Assembly (NCBI GenBank): GCA_001179505.1
Contig: CDMY01000329.1
Coordinates: 1-64,000 of the forward strand
From: Vitrella brassicaformis CCMP3155
Taxonomy: Eukaryota; Protista; Chromerida
DNA length: 64,000 nucleotides
Direction of reading: 5' to 3'
Made by a program: the position numbers and the translations under genes. Of the stretch, positions 1-13,900 are shown in pieces. Each line of letters begins with the position of its first letter. Positions within the stretch are counted from its first letter, which is position 1. The notes beneath the pieces were generated by a model, which had not been told where the DNA came from, ran no database searches, and was given only the letters and a program-made list of their open reading frames with translations.

Positions 1-1041
1 ACTGGCCAGTCCATCGGTCTTACTAAAGTAAAAGCACTCTTACCCTGGGACTTACCGCCCAGCAGATCCTCTATTCAGCTAACTACAGGAAAGCTCCTCA
101 CCGGCCTTTTCGCACAGTCGTGACGGGAAATTTGATGGAGGAAGGATTTTGAGGTTCGGGTAAGCTCGCAGGTGTGGTCTAGGGTTGTGGGGTCTGAAAC
201 CCTTTGCCAAGTAAGGCAAAGTAAGGCACTCATGCATCAAACGTGCTTGTGACAGTCAGATGCTGCCCGGGGCTGATTAGTCCTTCCCCACACACGTAGG
301 CGTAGCGTACATCATGATACTGACGAAAAAACACCATACACACTACAAATCTACTCGACACCACACGCACAAACACAAGAAGACGCTGCCAACCCGACAC
401 TTGTAGATATCAAAACCACTGGGGAACCCCTCTCTCTCTGTACACACCCAGCCATGGAGAGAGGAGAAGACAAGGAAAGACAAGGACAGCATTCTGAGGA
501 GACACGATCTTATCAGCCATCACCGAAGTGAGATCTGTGTTGACCACCCTTCATGATGCCATACATGGACAGAAACAACTTTGACTGACTGGCCAGTCCA
601 TCGGTCTTACTAAAGTAAAAGCACTCTTACCCTGGGACTTACCGCCCAGCAGATCCTCTATTCAGCTAACTACAGGAAAGCTCCTCACCGGCCTTTTCGC
701 ACAGTCGTGACGGGAAATTTGATGGAGGAAGGATTTTGAGGTTCGGGTAAGCTCGCAGGTGTGGTCTAGGGTTGTGGGGTCTGAAACCCTTTGCCAAGTA
801 AGGCAAAGTAAGGCACTCATGCATCAAACGTGCTTGTGACAGTCAGATGCTGCCCGGGGCTGATTAGTCCTTCCCCACACACGTAGGCGTAGCGTACATC
901 ATGATACTGACGAAAAAACACCATACACACTACAAATCTACTCGACACCACACGCACAAACACAAGAAGACGCTGCCAACCCGACACTTGTAGATATCAA
1001 AACCACTGGGGAACCCCTCTCTCTCTGTACACACCCAGCCA
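1..1041. repeat. Direct tandem duplication with 587-bp period (1-454 equals 588-1041); the left copy may be cut by the window edge
   Basis: Sequence starting actggccagtccatcgg at 1 recurs at 588 and matches up to ...acacccagcca (454/1041). No long ORF. Confidence 0.9.
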
Positions 1042-1190
1042 CCCACCCCACCGACGCTCTACGGCGGCCGTCTCACACGAGTACACGTGAGACGGGATCC
1101 CCAGCGCTACTACATTGTATCGACTCGGAAAAAAATACATTATGGGCGGTGGCCGGCGGTCACATAACTAACTGCCCCCCCCCCCCCCCC

Positions 1191-1490
1191 NNNNNNNNNN
1201 NNNNNNNNNNNNNNNNNNNNNNNNNNNNNNNNNNNNNNNNNNNNNNNNNNNNNNNNNNNNNNNNNNNNNNNNNNNNNNNNNNNNNNNNNNNNNNNNNNNN
1301 NNNNNNNNNNNNNNNNNNNNNNNNNNNNNNNNNNNNNNNNNNNNNNNNNNNNNNNNNNNNNNNNNNNNNNNNNNNNNNNNNNNNNNNNNNNNNNNNNNNN
1401 NNNNNNNNNNNNNNNNNNNNNNNNNNNNNNNNNNNNNNNNNNNNNNNNNNNNNNNNNNNNNNNNNNNNNNNNNNNNNNNNNNNNNNNNNN
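1191..1490. other. Assembly gap (300 N) flanked by poly-C
   Basis: Run of N. Confidence 1.
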
Positions 1491-1571
1491 CCCCCCTTCA
1501 CACACACTCCCAAGGCTTGAGCTAATTACGCGCGCGAGTCCCACCAATCCGCGCATCTGTCAATCGATCGA

Positions 1572-4500
1572 TCAGGTTTCCTTGGCCGGCTCCTGCCGCC
1601 TCTGACCCTCCAGCTGCTTCTTCCTCTCCGCCCAACGACCTACACATACACGGACGCACACACACATGACAACACCACAACGACATGACACACATAAGGC
1701 AAATGCATTGCATTCCTTCTCTCCCTCTTCATCGGCCTTACGTTTTGACTCCTCCACCCTGGCCTCGTCCGTGCCGCCCTCCCTGCTGCCCCTGCTCGAT
1801 GTGGCGCTGGCTGTCGGCGAGGCGCTGCCGCTCAAACCCTCCACCGGCTTCAGCGGCCGCAGAGCCCAGGAGGGGGCTGACGGCGACGAGAAGGTCGATG
1901 ACGGGGCCAGCGGGGGCAGCGCAGGGATGTCCTCAGGCACGTTCAGGGCGCGGCGGTTCTTCTGTATGGTTGGGGCAAGGACACATACACACGACTGGGT
2001 GTGGTTCGTGGTTCCGTGTGGTTATGTGTAGGGGGGGCTGGGCAGGGCTGACATTCCTCTTGGTGGTCTTGTTGCGTCGGTTTGGAGGCTGATGGCCGTC
2101 ACGGAGCCTGCATGGCACAAGAGCATCGGCAGACAGTTGATTCGATTCATGCTCAGCCTCTCCCTCCCCTGCTCTCCCTCACCTCCGTAGCCGCACGTTC
2201 CACACACTCCTGTGCGTGTGCGTCGCCAGGCTCTCCTCACTCTCGCCCTTGTCGCCCCTCTTGCTGCTCGGCCCCTGCTGCGGCATCCCCAGCTCGTTCT
2301 CCACATCAATCTTGAAGAGCCACTCTATCGACGGACCCTTGGGCTGCCGCAGGGCCAGGTGCCGCTGCTCTTCCCTCTCCGTCAGCTTCTTCAGCGATGG
2401 CAGCAGGGAGGCGGGGGCCGTGCGCTCGGTGGGGGGGTGGAGGTAGATGTCGACAAAGGCATCGTCGATGGACGCCTGACGGTGGGCCACGCGCGGAGTC
2501 GCCGCCGTGAAATCTGATGGGACGAATGGGATGGTAGGGAGAGGACAGATGGATGGCTGTGTGTGTGGAGAGGATATGTGGCTCACTCACCGTGTTGTCT
2601 GATTTTCTTGACGACCTCGCCCGTGGCCACCTCGCCCTCCCACACCTTCCACTGCTCCTTGATGGTCTTGTTGTCGGACGCCCACCGCCACGCCAGCCGG
2701 GTCTCCACGCCCAGCTGCTCCCCAAAATTCATCCCACCCGCACCCACTGACACGATGTTGACCGGCGGGTCGTACTCCAACACGACCCGCCGCAGACCCT
2801 CCCGCACCCGAGCGATCTCCTTGAGCAGGTCGTACTGGAGGTCGCTGCTGCCCCGGTCCACCCGGCTGCGCCGCCTTTTCCACTTGACGTGCGACTGAGA
2901 CGGCTGGCCGAGGGTGCGGTTGTTCCTCGCTGTGTCGAGGGCGGATGAGCTGAAGCTGCGCGGCAACTTGAATCGCTTCCGTTCCTTCTCTTTGGCTTCG
3001 AGAAGGGCACGGTCGAAGACCCAGACTGAGTCGTCTTGCTCGGGTGGTGGGGCGGAGAGGGAGATGGGGGGCGGGGAGGGGAAGGACGCGGGAAAAGACG
3101 CCGGCTCGTGGGTCGCCGCGCCACCAGCCACGTGGATAGGCTGCAGAATCATCACTCCGCGTGTGTGAGGGTGTGCTGGTGTCTGTGTTGTCACGGTCTC
3201 ACCTCGATTTCGTTCCACGTGACACCAGCTATCCCCGAGTAGGGCAGGGGGGCGATGCCGCCCCCATTCTCCAGCCCACCGTCCACCGAGCCGCCGCGTG
3301 CAACAATCATACTCGCGCCATTGTCGCCATCCCTCACCCAGTAGGCATCGCCGGCGACAGGGCGGATCCTGCCCACAGCATCGCGGTAGACGAGCTTCCC
3401 CTGGTCGCCTCGATACACAGTGTGCACCACGCCCCGCTCATCACGGTACACCAGCTTGCCGCTCTCGTCACGGTACAGCAGGGCCTTGCCGTGGTCGGCG
3501 CCGCTGGCCACTGCCAGGGCCGATGAGCCGTTGCTCGCACCGGCATTGGCGCTGGCGTCGCCACGTGTGGGTGTGCGGGCGCCCCGCAGAGATGAGGGGG
3601 AGAGGGAGGAGTCGGTGACGGTGTAGTATGACTCCTCATCTTCATCCTCCTGGTCGCTCTCGAAGACGTCTTCTGCCGCCTCGTCGAAGAGCGGCTTCCA
3701 GCCGATGGGTCTGCAACGCACGGTGGGAACACATGGGTGGGTGGGTGGGTTACTGTGTGCGGAAGGGCACATTGGCTGACTTGGGCATGACGGCACCGAA
3801 GTTGCGATATATGGCGGGAAAGGGGGCGATGTGGGGGCATTCAGACGACTTCTGCCAGTCCGCCAGCTCCACCTTAGAGCTACCACACACACAGACAGGA
3901 AGGAACGAAGAACACACATCCGCCCGCCAATGGCGATCCCGGCCGTCATGATCGTCCTTCATTCACCTACCGGTTGAGCAGCACTTTGCCTCGGTGCCGA
4001 ATATCCACATTGGAAGCCCGATATCTGTCTTTCCTTCTCTTGATCTTCCTGCTCCTCTTATCCCCCTTCACCAACTCCGCCGCATCAGGCCGCACATCAT
4101 GGCCTGCACCACCATCGGACCGCACAGCAGCAGCAGCAGCAGTAGCCTCGCTCCTTGCTCCCCGTGGCTTCGGCAGCCGACTGCCACGAGTGCCCATTCC
4201 CAAGCCGCGGCCATCATAGTCCCCACCGCCGCCCATCCCGAGACCCCGCCCGTCATACTCATCATCCACCTCGCCAACGCCTGTGGCGGGGCTGACGGCC
4301 ACCGTGGATGGCGGCCTGTGGCTGCTGCCGTTCGTCGGGTGGAGCNNNNNNNNNNNNNNNNNNNNNNNNNNNNNNNNNNNNNNNNNNNNNNNNNNNNNNN
4401 NNNNNNNNNNNNNNNNNNNNNNNNNNNNNNNNNNNNNNNNNNNNNNNNNNNNNNNNNNNNNNNNNNNNNNNNNNNNNNNNNNNNNNNNNNNNNNNNNNNN

Positions 4501-6117
4501 NNNNNNNNNNNNNNNNNNNNNNNNNNNNNNNNNNNNNNNNNNNNNNNNNNNNNNNNNNNNNNNNNNNNNNNNNNNNNNNNNNNNNNNNNNNNNNNNNNNN
4601 NNNNNNNNNNNNNNNNNNNNNNNNNNNNNNNNNNNNNNNNNNNNNGCCCACAGCATCGCGGTAGACGAGCTTCCCCTGGTCGCCTCGATACACAGTGTGC
4701 ACCACGCCCCGCTCATCACGGTACACCAGCTTGCCGCTCTCGTCACGGTACAGCAGGGCCTTGCCGTGGTCGGCGCCGCTGGCCACTGCCAGGGCCGATG
4801 AGCCGTTGCTCGCACCGGCATTGGCGCTGGCGTCGCCACGTGTGGGTGTGCGGGCGCCCCGCAGAGATGAGGGGGAGAGGGAGGAGTCGGTGACGGTGTA
4901 GTATGACTCCTCATCTTCATCCTCCTGGTCGCTCTCGAAGACGTCTTCTGCCGCCTCGTCGAAGAGCGGCTTCCAGCCGATGGGTCTGCAACGCACGGTG
5001 GGAACACATGGGTGGGTGGGTGGGTTACTGTGTGCGGAAGGGCACATTGGCTGACTTGGGCATGACGGCACCGAAGTTGCGATATATGGCGGGAAAGGGG
5101 GCGATGTGGGGGCATTCAGACGACTTCTGCCAGTCCGCCAGCTCCACCTTAGAGCTACCACACACACAGACAGGAAGGAACGAAGAACACACATCCGCCC
5201 GCCAATGGCGATCCCGGCCGTCATGATCGTCCTTCATTCACCTACCGGTTGAGCAGCACTTTGCCTCGGTGCCGAATATCCACATTGGAAGCCCGATATC
5301 TGTCTTTCCTTCTCTTGATCTTCCTGCTCCTCTTATCCCCCTTCACCAACTCCGCCGCATCAGGCCGCACATCATGGCCTGCACCACCATCGGACCGCAC
5401 AGCAGCAGCAGCAGCAGTAGCCTCGCTCCTTGCTCCCCGTGGCTTCGGCAGCCGACTGCCACGAGTGCCCATTCCCAAGCCGCGGCCATCATAGTCCCCA
5501 CCGCCGCCCATCCCGAGACCCCGCCCGTCATACTCATCATCCACCTCGCCAACGCCTGTGGCGGGGCTGACGGCCACCGTGGATGGCGGCCTGTGGCTGC
5601 TGCCGTTCGTCGGGTGGAGCACATTCGACTCTCGTGGGATGCTGTTGTATGTGTCGAAGTCAAACGCGCCGATGGGGTCGTCGAGCCACGTGGTGGAGTC
5701 TGATGTCTTGACGGGCGAGAGGATCCGTATCGACCCGTCAGGCGCCCACCAGCTGGGAGGCGAAGCGGACGGCAGCGGCGGAGGGGGCGGCACTGGGGGG
5801 ATGTCACAAACACACACATGCAGAGAGAAAACACACATGACATGACATGAGTGGACAGGCGGCCAGGACATTGACCGTGTTGGTTGCTTCTGGTCTGTCT
5901 GCGCAGCCTGGCTGGCTGGCTGGCTGGCTGGCTGGCCTCACCGACCGTCAACGTTCGCCGCTGCCTTCCGTGCTTTGTCAGCATCATAGCCACTGGCGCC
6001 TTGTGAGGTTTTCTTGCTGCCGATGAGGCCTTTGTATATCTGTTTGAGTCCGACTCGCCTCTTCCAGTCCTGTTTCCTCGTCTGCCGCCCACCCTCTGCT
6101 GACGGCAACACCTCCAT
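1572..6117 (-). CDS. Multi-exon hypothetical protein, largely low-complexity, with short LVYRDxxG repeats; interrupted by a gap and duplication
   Basis: ATG 6117 (MEVLPSAEGG..., GT donor near 5940). Coding-like exons in ORFs 5242-5871, 3191-3949, 2583-3218, 2179-2586 and 1572-1940. Last exon RWAERKKQLEGQRRQEPAKET*. Confidence 0.55.
3371..5620. repeat. 975-bp duplication (3371-4345 equals 4646-5620) flanking a 300-N gap (4346-4645); likely unmerged contig overlap
   Basis: The copies appear identical at 1275-bp offset and both end exactly at the gap edges. Confidence 0.85.
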
Positions 6118-6246
6118 TCGCCGCAACGACGCTCAACACAACACTCCACAGCACCTCACGGGCAACTCGATGCCAGAGAGGTGTGAATCGATGCAGCGAG
6201 CGACACTGCGGTTGAAAAGCCTTCCCACTCTCTGCAGGGTTTGGGG

Positions 6247-6266
6247 TGCAGGGTTGCAAGCTCGCG
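6247..6266 (+). promoter_or_regulatory. Candidate promoter element TGCAGGGTTGCAAGCTCGCG
   Basis: 19/20 identical to 45187-45206; lies in the divergent spacer upstream of clpS. Confidence 0.5.
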
Positions 6267-6361
6267 TCAACTCGAAGGAGGGGAAACCTTCACCACCTGC
6301 TGCCCTCCTCTAGACGTGGATCTACCGAATCTGCTGTGTGTTCCGAGCTCGCTTGTAAAAC

Positions 6362-7193
6362 ATGAAGTTCGGCGCTGCGGCGACGGTGCCTCTCTCGATT
6401 GCTGCTCTGCTCTCAGCCATGCCATGCGGTGCATTCATACTGCCACGGGTGAGCCAAGATTGCTGCATACATTGACTCGATGCTAGATCTCTTGCTTCTG
6501 TTGTGCTTGTGTGCGTTCGTTGGTGGCCGCAGGCATTCGGTGACGCAATGGAGAGGCGACTTGCTGCTGCTGCTGCTGCTGGGCCTCATCCCTTCATCTA
6601 TCGGCCAACACACAGCTCTCTTAGAATGAGCGTGGCTGCACCACCCCGCCCCGCCATCGAGAAATCGCCTGAGGTCATCACTGCCCCGTCAGAGCCTGCC
6701 CGCGATGAGACCCCCAAGAAGGCAGATAAGTACAAGCTGATCCTATACAATGACCCGTAAGCCGGCCACTCCAAGTAGGCGGACAGGCAGACGACAGGGT
6801 GTGTTGTATGTGTTCAGGGTCAACACGCGAGAGCATGTTGCACGAACGCTCTGCAAAGTTGTCGGTGAGTGAGTGAGGCGGGCCAGATAGATGAAGGCAG
6901 CCGCACGTAAGGTAGCCTCTGCTAGTGTCACCCGCCGTGCGTCGCTGCTGCCTCTTCCTTGCCTTGCAGGTTTTGACAACAAGCAGGCGTTCGACTGCAT
7001 GATGAAGGTACGCACGTCGATTCGTTGTCCATCCATCCGTCCATCCATCCATGCATCCATGTTGCTCCAGGCTCACACGACTGGATCGGCGTTGGTGGGC
7101 ATCTGGGGCTTTGAGCTGGCTGAGTCTTACCACGAAGCACTGAGAGCGCACCAGCTCGTCACCGAGATCTTCCCCGTAGACGAGGACGACTAG
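6362..7193 (+). CDS. clpS: ATP-dependent Clp protease adaptor ClpS with bipartite (signal plus transit) plastid-targeting leader; 5 exons
   Basis: MKFGAAATVPLSIAALLSAMPCGA-FILPR leader. ClpS core YKLILYNDPVNTREHVARTLCKVVGFDNKQAFDCMMKAHTTGSALVGIWGFELAESYHEALRAHQL, joined by in-frame GT-AG introns. Confidence 0.92.
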
Positions 7194-7957
7194 CAACACA
7201 CCGGCAGATGGCAGAGCTCTTTTGCGCCTCGAGAGCTTAGCCAGCGCGGCGGCGTTGTTTGCGAAGTGCAGTCAGTGAGGAGGCTAGGCTTGCGAACACG
7301 CGGCCCTTGTAGCTAGCTATCTCATCATGTATCATCTTCTATCGCTTAGCATGCCCAAAGGGACGGACACTCTGTGGAGTTTTTGCGAGTGTGTGGTGGG
7401 TGTCGATGTCTGCATGTCTGCCTGCCTGCCTCAGTTTTGTTGCCTTGCTTGTTTCCTCTGTCTGTACAGTGAGTGAATGCATCCCCTCCCATCCCATCCG
7501 TGTACACTGCCTGGCTAAGGGACTGGGTGGGACTGATGGGACTTGCTCTCAGTTTGCTGCCCGACATGACATGAATTCAGTCAACCACCAATCACGTGTT
7601 CGTCCGTCGCTGCATTGGCCATCACCATCAGCATGTGTGTATGTATGTCTGTGTGAATGCACCCCAGCTCAGCAGTCGCAGTCTGTCTGTTCCATCACCT
7701 CCCCTCTCACACCATGGCCGAAAAAGCATAGGCGGCCGAGTGATGGATGGATGGATACATCTCTTAGGCTTGTGAGCCCAAGGGAGCCACTCAGTCAGTC
7801 AGTCAGTCAGTCAGCCTATAAGTACATAACAAATACATCAGTGTGTATGTACACGCGCTAAGTTTGCCCCCGTCAGGGCAAACCTCAATGCATGCAACGC
7901 AATGCACCACTCCGAAAAAACAGGACCAAGAAAAAAACTTCCCAATGTCTGTCCCCC

Positions 7958-10900
7958 TCAGCTGATCCCATCAACGGCGCTGACAGCGTCCTTGCAGCGT
8001 GCAATGAGGGCCTGGAAGGTCTCCTCCTGCTGCTGCCGCGACGCCCTCACATGGCCGTCAAGTCGCGGCAGGGCCCCCTCCAGCTGGACCTCCTTGTGCT
8101 GGTTGTCGAAGGTGCGGAGGGCCTCTCGCAGCTGGCCGATGGGCTGCTGCTGCATGTACACGCCCCGTCTGGCCTCCTCCATCATCAGCTTGTACGCTGT
8201 GAGGGCCTCCCACGCCTCGTTGATCGCATCAGAGACCTCATCAGACAGTCGAGCTGACGCACAGACAAACACAAGGCGAGATGGTGATTTGAGGTTTCAC
8301 CCATACATAATTGCCCAGCTCACCCGCAGTCTCCAGTGACTGCAGTTTCTTCTTCATGGTTTCGGCGCTGGCCAGTCGGCGGTGGCAGGCGATCAGGAAG
8401 GACACGCCCTCACCCAGATACACCTCACCAAATGACTCAGCCGCGCCATCGGGCGAACCGTCATTCGCCTGGAGAGGAGATATGCCAATGAGCCCAGCCA
8501 GCCCTGTCTCAGTCAGTGACTGTGTGCGTGCCCGCTGCGTACGTACCTTGTCCTTCTCGGCCTTGATCCATCGCTCTGCGTCGAACCGGATGAAGGTCTC
8601 ATCGTCGAGCTTGTTCATCATCAGGCGGGTCCGGGCGGCGCGAAGCGTCGCCTTGAGGCGGAGGACCATGCGCATGGACAGGTTGAGCCGCGAGTCCTCC
8701 ACGTTGGCCCCCTGCTCCAGCTGAGCGTCATTGACGGCCCCCTCCCCTCCCTCGGCGTCCCTCTCGTCCTCCTCGAGACCCTCCGGCCCCCGGTTGCTCG
8801 GCGATGCCCCGCCAGTGGCAGCAGTGGGGCTACCGTCCTCGGCCGCTTGCGTGTCTGCGTACGATGAGCGCGGCGAGGATCCGTCGTTGTCTGCTGCGGC
8901 CGGCCGGGAAGTGGTGGTGGCCTGGGAGGCCTGCTGCTGTTTGGGTGTGAAGCGGGCGAGGAAGGCCGAGGTGTCGCAGTGGAGCCTGCCGTCCTGCCTC
9001 CGAAAGACCACGACCTCTGCGCGGGGCGGCTTCCACGTGACGCGCGTCAGGTGGGTACTTGGGTTGCCGGAGGCGTCGAAGGACGAATGAGAGAAGAAGC
9101 CGCTGGTGTACCTTGGCCCCGGCCAGCCTGTTTGTTACGACCAAATACAGGTACGTACCTAGAGGTGCGTTGTTCGCGAGCGTACCGAAAGGAGCCCTGA
9201 TAGTGTCAGATCGTTTGAGCAGCACGAAGCTGTCGTCCAGATCGTGCAGCACCGAGTGCAGGTAGGGCGTCTGGCGGTCGAAGGACAGCGGGCCGCGAGT
9301 GCCGTGAGCTTGCTTGTCGGGGAGCGGGTCCAACACAAGCGCAGTCTGCCACACCCACACACGCATACACACCAACCCGCGATGAACGAGTGCATGAGTC
9401 AGCTCTCTTTGTTTGTCGCCTGGCTGACCATTCTGTGGTGGAGCGATTCGTCGTTTTGTTGGATCACAGCTGGCAGGCCGTGCAGCAGCCTGCGGACCTC
9501 ATGCCAGCGGCCACCGCCAGCCCACCCATGGAAGGACCGCTGGATCGCATTCCTCTGCCGACTGAGGCTCGTGTGGCACCCTCCAGCCGTCAGCATCACG
9601 CAGATGGCCCGGTGCACGAACGCGCCCCTGCGTGTGCCGAAGTTGTCCAGCCAACGCGTCAGCTTGTCCCGGAACCTGCCGGTTGAGAAACCATCACAAA
9701 CAAACCTGTTCATGAATTGCTCCGCAGGTACCTCGGATGTAGGATGTGGCTGATGAAGTCGATGACGCCGTACAGGGCGCGGTGTGCGAGGCCGTTGACC
9801 AGGTGGGGCTTCTCGTATTGCAGCGTACAGGCAGACTCGATCAGGCAGGGAGGGCAGCGACGCATGAAGTCAACGGCCATCGACTGCACACACACACACA
9901 CGCACAGAGAGAGAGCCATGGCGTCTGGGACACAACGACTGTGCATGGTAAATCCTGCCTGCATACCTGTGGCAGCAGTAGGTTGTTCATATCCGAGAAG
10001 AGCGCTCCGGCGAAGCAGACGAGCCGCTCGCAAAACCACAGCAGGGTGTGTGGGTCGAGGCTGAAGCAAACCACACACACGCATGAGGATGCCCGTCTGT
10101 CTAGTCCATGTTCAGGTACATACCTGATGGTGAGAGGGTGGAAGTCCTGCACATAGGTCTGTGGGGTCATGGCCCGGATGGCCTGCTCGGCGGACCAGAC
10201 TATCTCGGCATAGCAGTGCCGCACGTGCTCCACATCGTCGGACTTGTAGAAAGCATTGCCCTCCCACCACACCGACGCTATTGAACAACAGAACAGCCAC
10301 ACACGCATGGCGAAAAGGAGTGTGTGGCGATAGAGTGAGTGTACGGCATACAGAAGAAGAGCCACGTGGCGTCTCGGTTGTCGGACATCATGTTGTTGCG
10401 CAGGACAATCTCCACCGTGTCCATGCCGTGGTAGCCGACGAGACTCGCAATGCGACACACACTGCCGACCTTGTGTGCTATAGCGTCTGAGCGCTCGGCT
10501 GCCAGCAGGTCGTTGATCTCCGTCTTGATCAGCTCGTCGAGGGGAAGGCAGTGGTTAATGGCGGCCATGCGCAGGAGGCCGCATGGAGCGAAAGTCGGCA
10601 TCAAGACCTCATTGCACAAGAAACTGTGCACCTGGGAGATACAGAATAGGTTGGCGGCCGGCCGGCCCCTGCAAGAGTCAGTCGAGTCGTTCTGTGTACC
10701 TGTGCGGCTTTGGCGGTGTATTCTCTTTGTAGCTCCACCATGGAAGCATCGTCCTGCATCGCCCGCCGCATCTCAGCAGCCTCGAGATTGACCCTGACGG
10801 CCTTGAGCGTGGCGAGCAGGCTGTTGACGTCGCCAACCACCGCACCGATGTCGGGCTCCTGCTCCATGTGCCTGCACAGTAAGTGGATCCATGTCAGTCA

Positions 10901-13900
10901 CTCCTTGCCCACCTATGTATCTATCCCTTTCTTTCGGCTCGCTCACTGGTAAGGGCATCCCTGGCTCCGAGCGCGACACTTCTTCTGCATGTGGAACGAC
11001 CAGCACGGCTGCATCCGCTTGAGCCCGTCCACCGCCGTGTCGAGCCGCCTGCACAGTCCGCTCACGAGCTTCTTGTGCAGGAACGACGACAGTAGCGGCA
11101 CCACATCGTGCAGCGAGACCGACGAGGTGCCCTCCTCCGCCACCTTGACGAGCATCTCGTTGCCCGAGACGTCCTTGACACGCACACGGCCCGTCATGAG
11201 CTCGACCGATTGCTGGATGGCGATGGGTATGGGGCGGCGGTTCTTGAGACACGCACTCATGTGGCAGAGCGAGGGGTCCTCGGGGGAGAAGACGTGCTTG
11301 TCGCATGCTGCATTCAGACCGGATTGAAGCTTGAACGCATCCTGCCGGACAACGACACACAGGCGGGCTGATTGGATGGGCATGGCAATGTGATGATGAA
11401 GGCGCCTGTTTTCACTCTCTGAAACGGACCTGGAGTTTGCCGTCCTTGCTGTACTCATCGCGATAGTGGACGAGGCACGACGCCCCCAGCTCTTGGAGGA
11501 ACAGCAGCCACGACAGGCACGTCGCTCGCTGATGGACGTCGGTCTCGATCAGCCGCTGGTAGTGAGTCTTCCTGATGGCCTTGAGCAGCATGTGGGCGCC
11601 CTTACCGAAGAACTTCTTGGCGCTCTCACGGGTGCTGTCCAGCACGCCAATGAGCATCTCGTCGAAGCTCTCCTGCTGCTGCTGCTGGTGCTCATTCTGG
11701 GGACGGTTGCGGGCCTGCTGTGCGTCCTTGAGGTCGCTGACAAGGGTCGCGACCTGCGTCTTGGTGCTCTGGCGGCCGGTGAAGACGGCCATCGCCCCGG
11801 TGGTGTTGAGGAAGCCACAGAGCTTGGCCATAAGAACACGGTGGAGACGCTCCGGATCCTGCTGCAGCATGGTAATCGCCCGCTGCTCCTCGCCACCCAT
11901 GAGACACAGATCGGCCGCCTCCGAGAAGCGGCCCTGCTCCACCAACACGTTGATGTGAGGTCCTGCGAGACACACACACACACACACCCCCACAACCGAT
12001 CCGCTGCGTCCGTCCTTTGTCATGATCGTGAGTGACAGGTCTGTCTGTCTGTCTGTATCGGTTAGTCACTCACCTGTCTGTTAGCCTGCAGCAATATCTC
12101 GCACCGCACGTTGAGGGGCAGGAGGGCGGCCGATCGCTCATACATCTGGGACTGTTTCGGCCTGTGGACAGCGGCGGCACCGCCACGCCGGCCACGACCA
12201 CCCCTCGACGGCTGGTCAGCCTCGCGCGCGGCTGTCCTGAAGATGCGCTGGGCAAACCTGCACGCCGTGAATGAACCAACAGCAAGCACCAGGCACTTCA
12301 GACAGCCAACGCAGTGCGCGCACAGCCAACGCAGTGCGCACACAGCCGTACCGTTCGACCATGGGCCGTACGTCTGGAATTCCAGAGCCTTCGAGCCATT
12401 CGCACAGCTGCAGCCCCTCCTCCATCTTCTTGACTTTGGCGTAGGAGTCAAGGGCCCTCTTGGCATGCGCCCTGTCGTGTGTGACCTTGACATGAGCCTC
12501 CCACATGACACCTGATGGATGGATGGATAGTGGACGACCCACAGACACAGACGGTCGTGACGTGTGGGTGAGTGACGTATATCTTCTCCGTGTGTTGTGG
12601 TGTGTGTGTCTTGCCTGCACTGAGCCACGCGTTGTCGTTTTCATAGCAGATGGCGGCCTTGTCGTATATTTCGCAGCCCCGGTAGGCTTCTGCCGCCTCA
12701 CTGACATGACCCGACTCGACGAACAAATCTGCAACACACATGCATTGATTGCATGACAGACACATGGATGGGATGCCTCAGCGTGGGTGCGATTGCACAC
12801 GTACCTCCAGCCTCTCTCAGCAGCCATTTCGTGCCGCCCTCCTTCTCGGCATGCAGGTACTGGCGAATGAGGGCGAAGTCGGCAGAGTCGGTGGGTGCCT
12901 GTGTGACGGCTCTGTGGAGCGCCTTGAGCTCGCCCGCCGGGATGGCCATCTCGCGCTTCTTGTTCTTCTTGCTCGTGAGGCGGATCTTGTGCAGCACCTC
13001 GGCAAGACGCGCCATCTGAGGCTCCTTCGCATTAGAGAAACTGCACACACACACAGACGGATGCACCACCACACAGACAGGCCAGCCACTTGTGCGAGCG
13101 ACGACTTCACCTGATTCTGGCACTGTCGAAACGGTCGGCTCGCAAGAAGTTCATGGCTCTCTCGCACCACTCCTCCTCAGTGCTCTCTCGCGCAAAAGCC
13201 TCCTGCATGCCGAGGTCCTCCTTGGAGTGAACGTTGTTGACGAGCTTCATCTGGTCCCAGTAGTACAGCATCGGCCCGACGTGGTCATCACTGCTGTCGA
13301 TGATCCACACGCGCTTGCGGGCCCTTGATTTAAAGGAAGCACACAAGTCGGCACACTCATCTGGGTGCTTTGGTGTGTCAGTGCTACAGATGCGTACCTG
13401 GTGATGGCGACGTACAGCTCTTTCAGGAGAGAGCAGAGGAGGGCGTCTCGAGAGGCGTCGAACTTGCCACAGACGCGCTTCAAGATGGAGGGGTCAACCT
13501 AAAAACGGAGAGCAATGATGTGGTGTGGGCGACGGAGCCAAGCCATCCTATCCTCCCACACATACGGTACGTCGGGGCGTAGCATTCACTTACCGTGGCG
13601 TCGGGGTAGACGTCCTGTATGAAGGCGTACACGACTGACCACACGTTGGCAGATGAAGCGGCACTGTGGGGGCGATGGATGTCCTGGGTGTCGGCGAAGA
13701 AGTTGACCAACAGCACATCTGATTGACATGAAATGACATCGATGACACAACACAACATAACACAACGCACCCACATGCATCCATCCATCCATCCAGATGA
13801 CCATTGTCTCCTCCTCCCCTACCATCGAACTCGAGGCCTTTCGACTCCTCTATGGTGAGTATGATGGACGACGGGAAGTGCTGCTCGAGCTGCTGACGGG

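Noticed and set aside
161-215. Telomerase RNA or spliceosomal snRNA in the 5-prime repeat (CTGAAACCCT; GGCCTTTT; ACTTACC)
   Set aside because: Only short word matches; no full U1/U2/U5 consensus or convincing 1.5-repeat template can be supported.
1068-1115. Helitron 3-prime end (hairpin plus CTRR)
   Set aside because: The hairpin is present but no CTRR terminus at the expected distance and no Rep/Hel ORF.
1140-1556. ORFs consisting mostly of X (also 4283-4801 and 23514-24196)
   Set aside because: They are artefacts of translating through N gaps.
3371-5620. 975-bp exon duplication as a real tandem or alternative-exon event
   Set aside because: The copies look identical and end exactly at the edges of a 300-N gap, which is typical of an unmerged contig overlap. 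Long reads would be needed to revive it.
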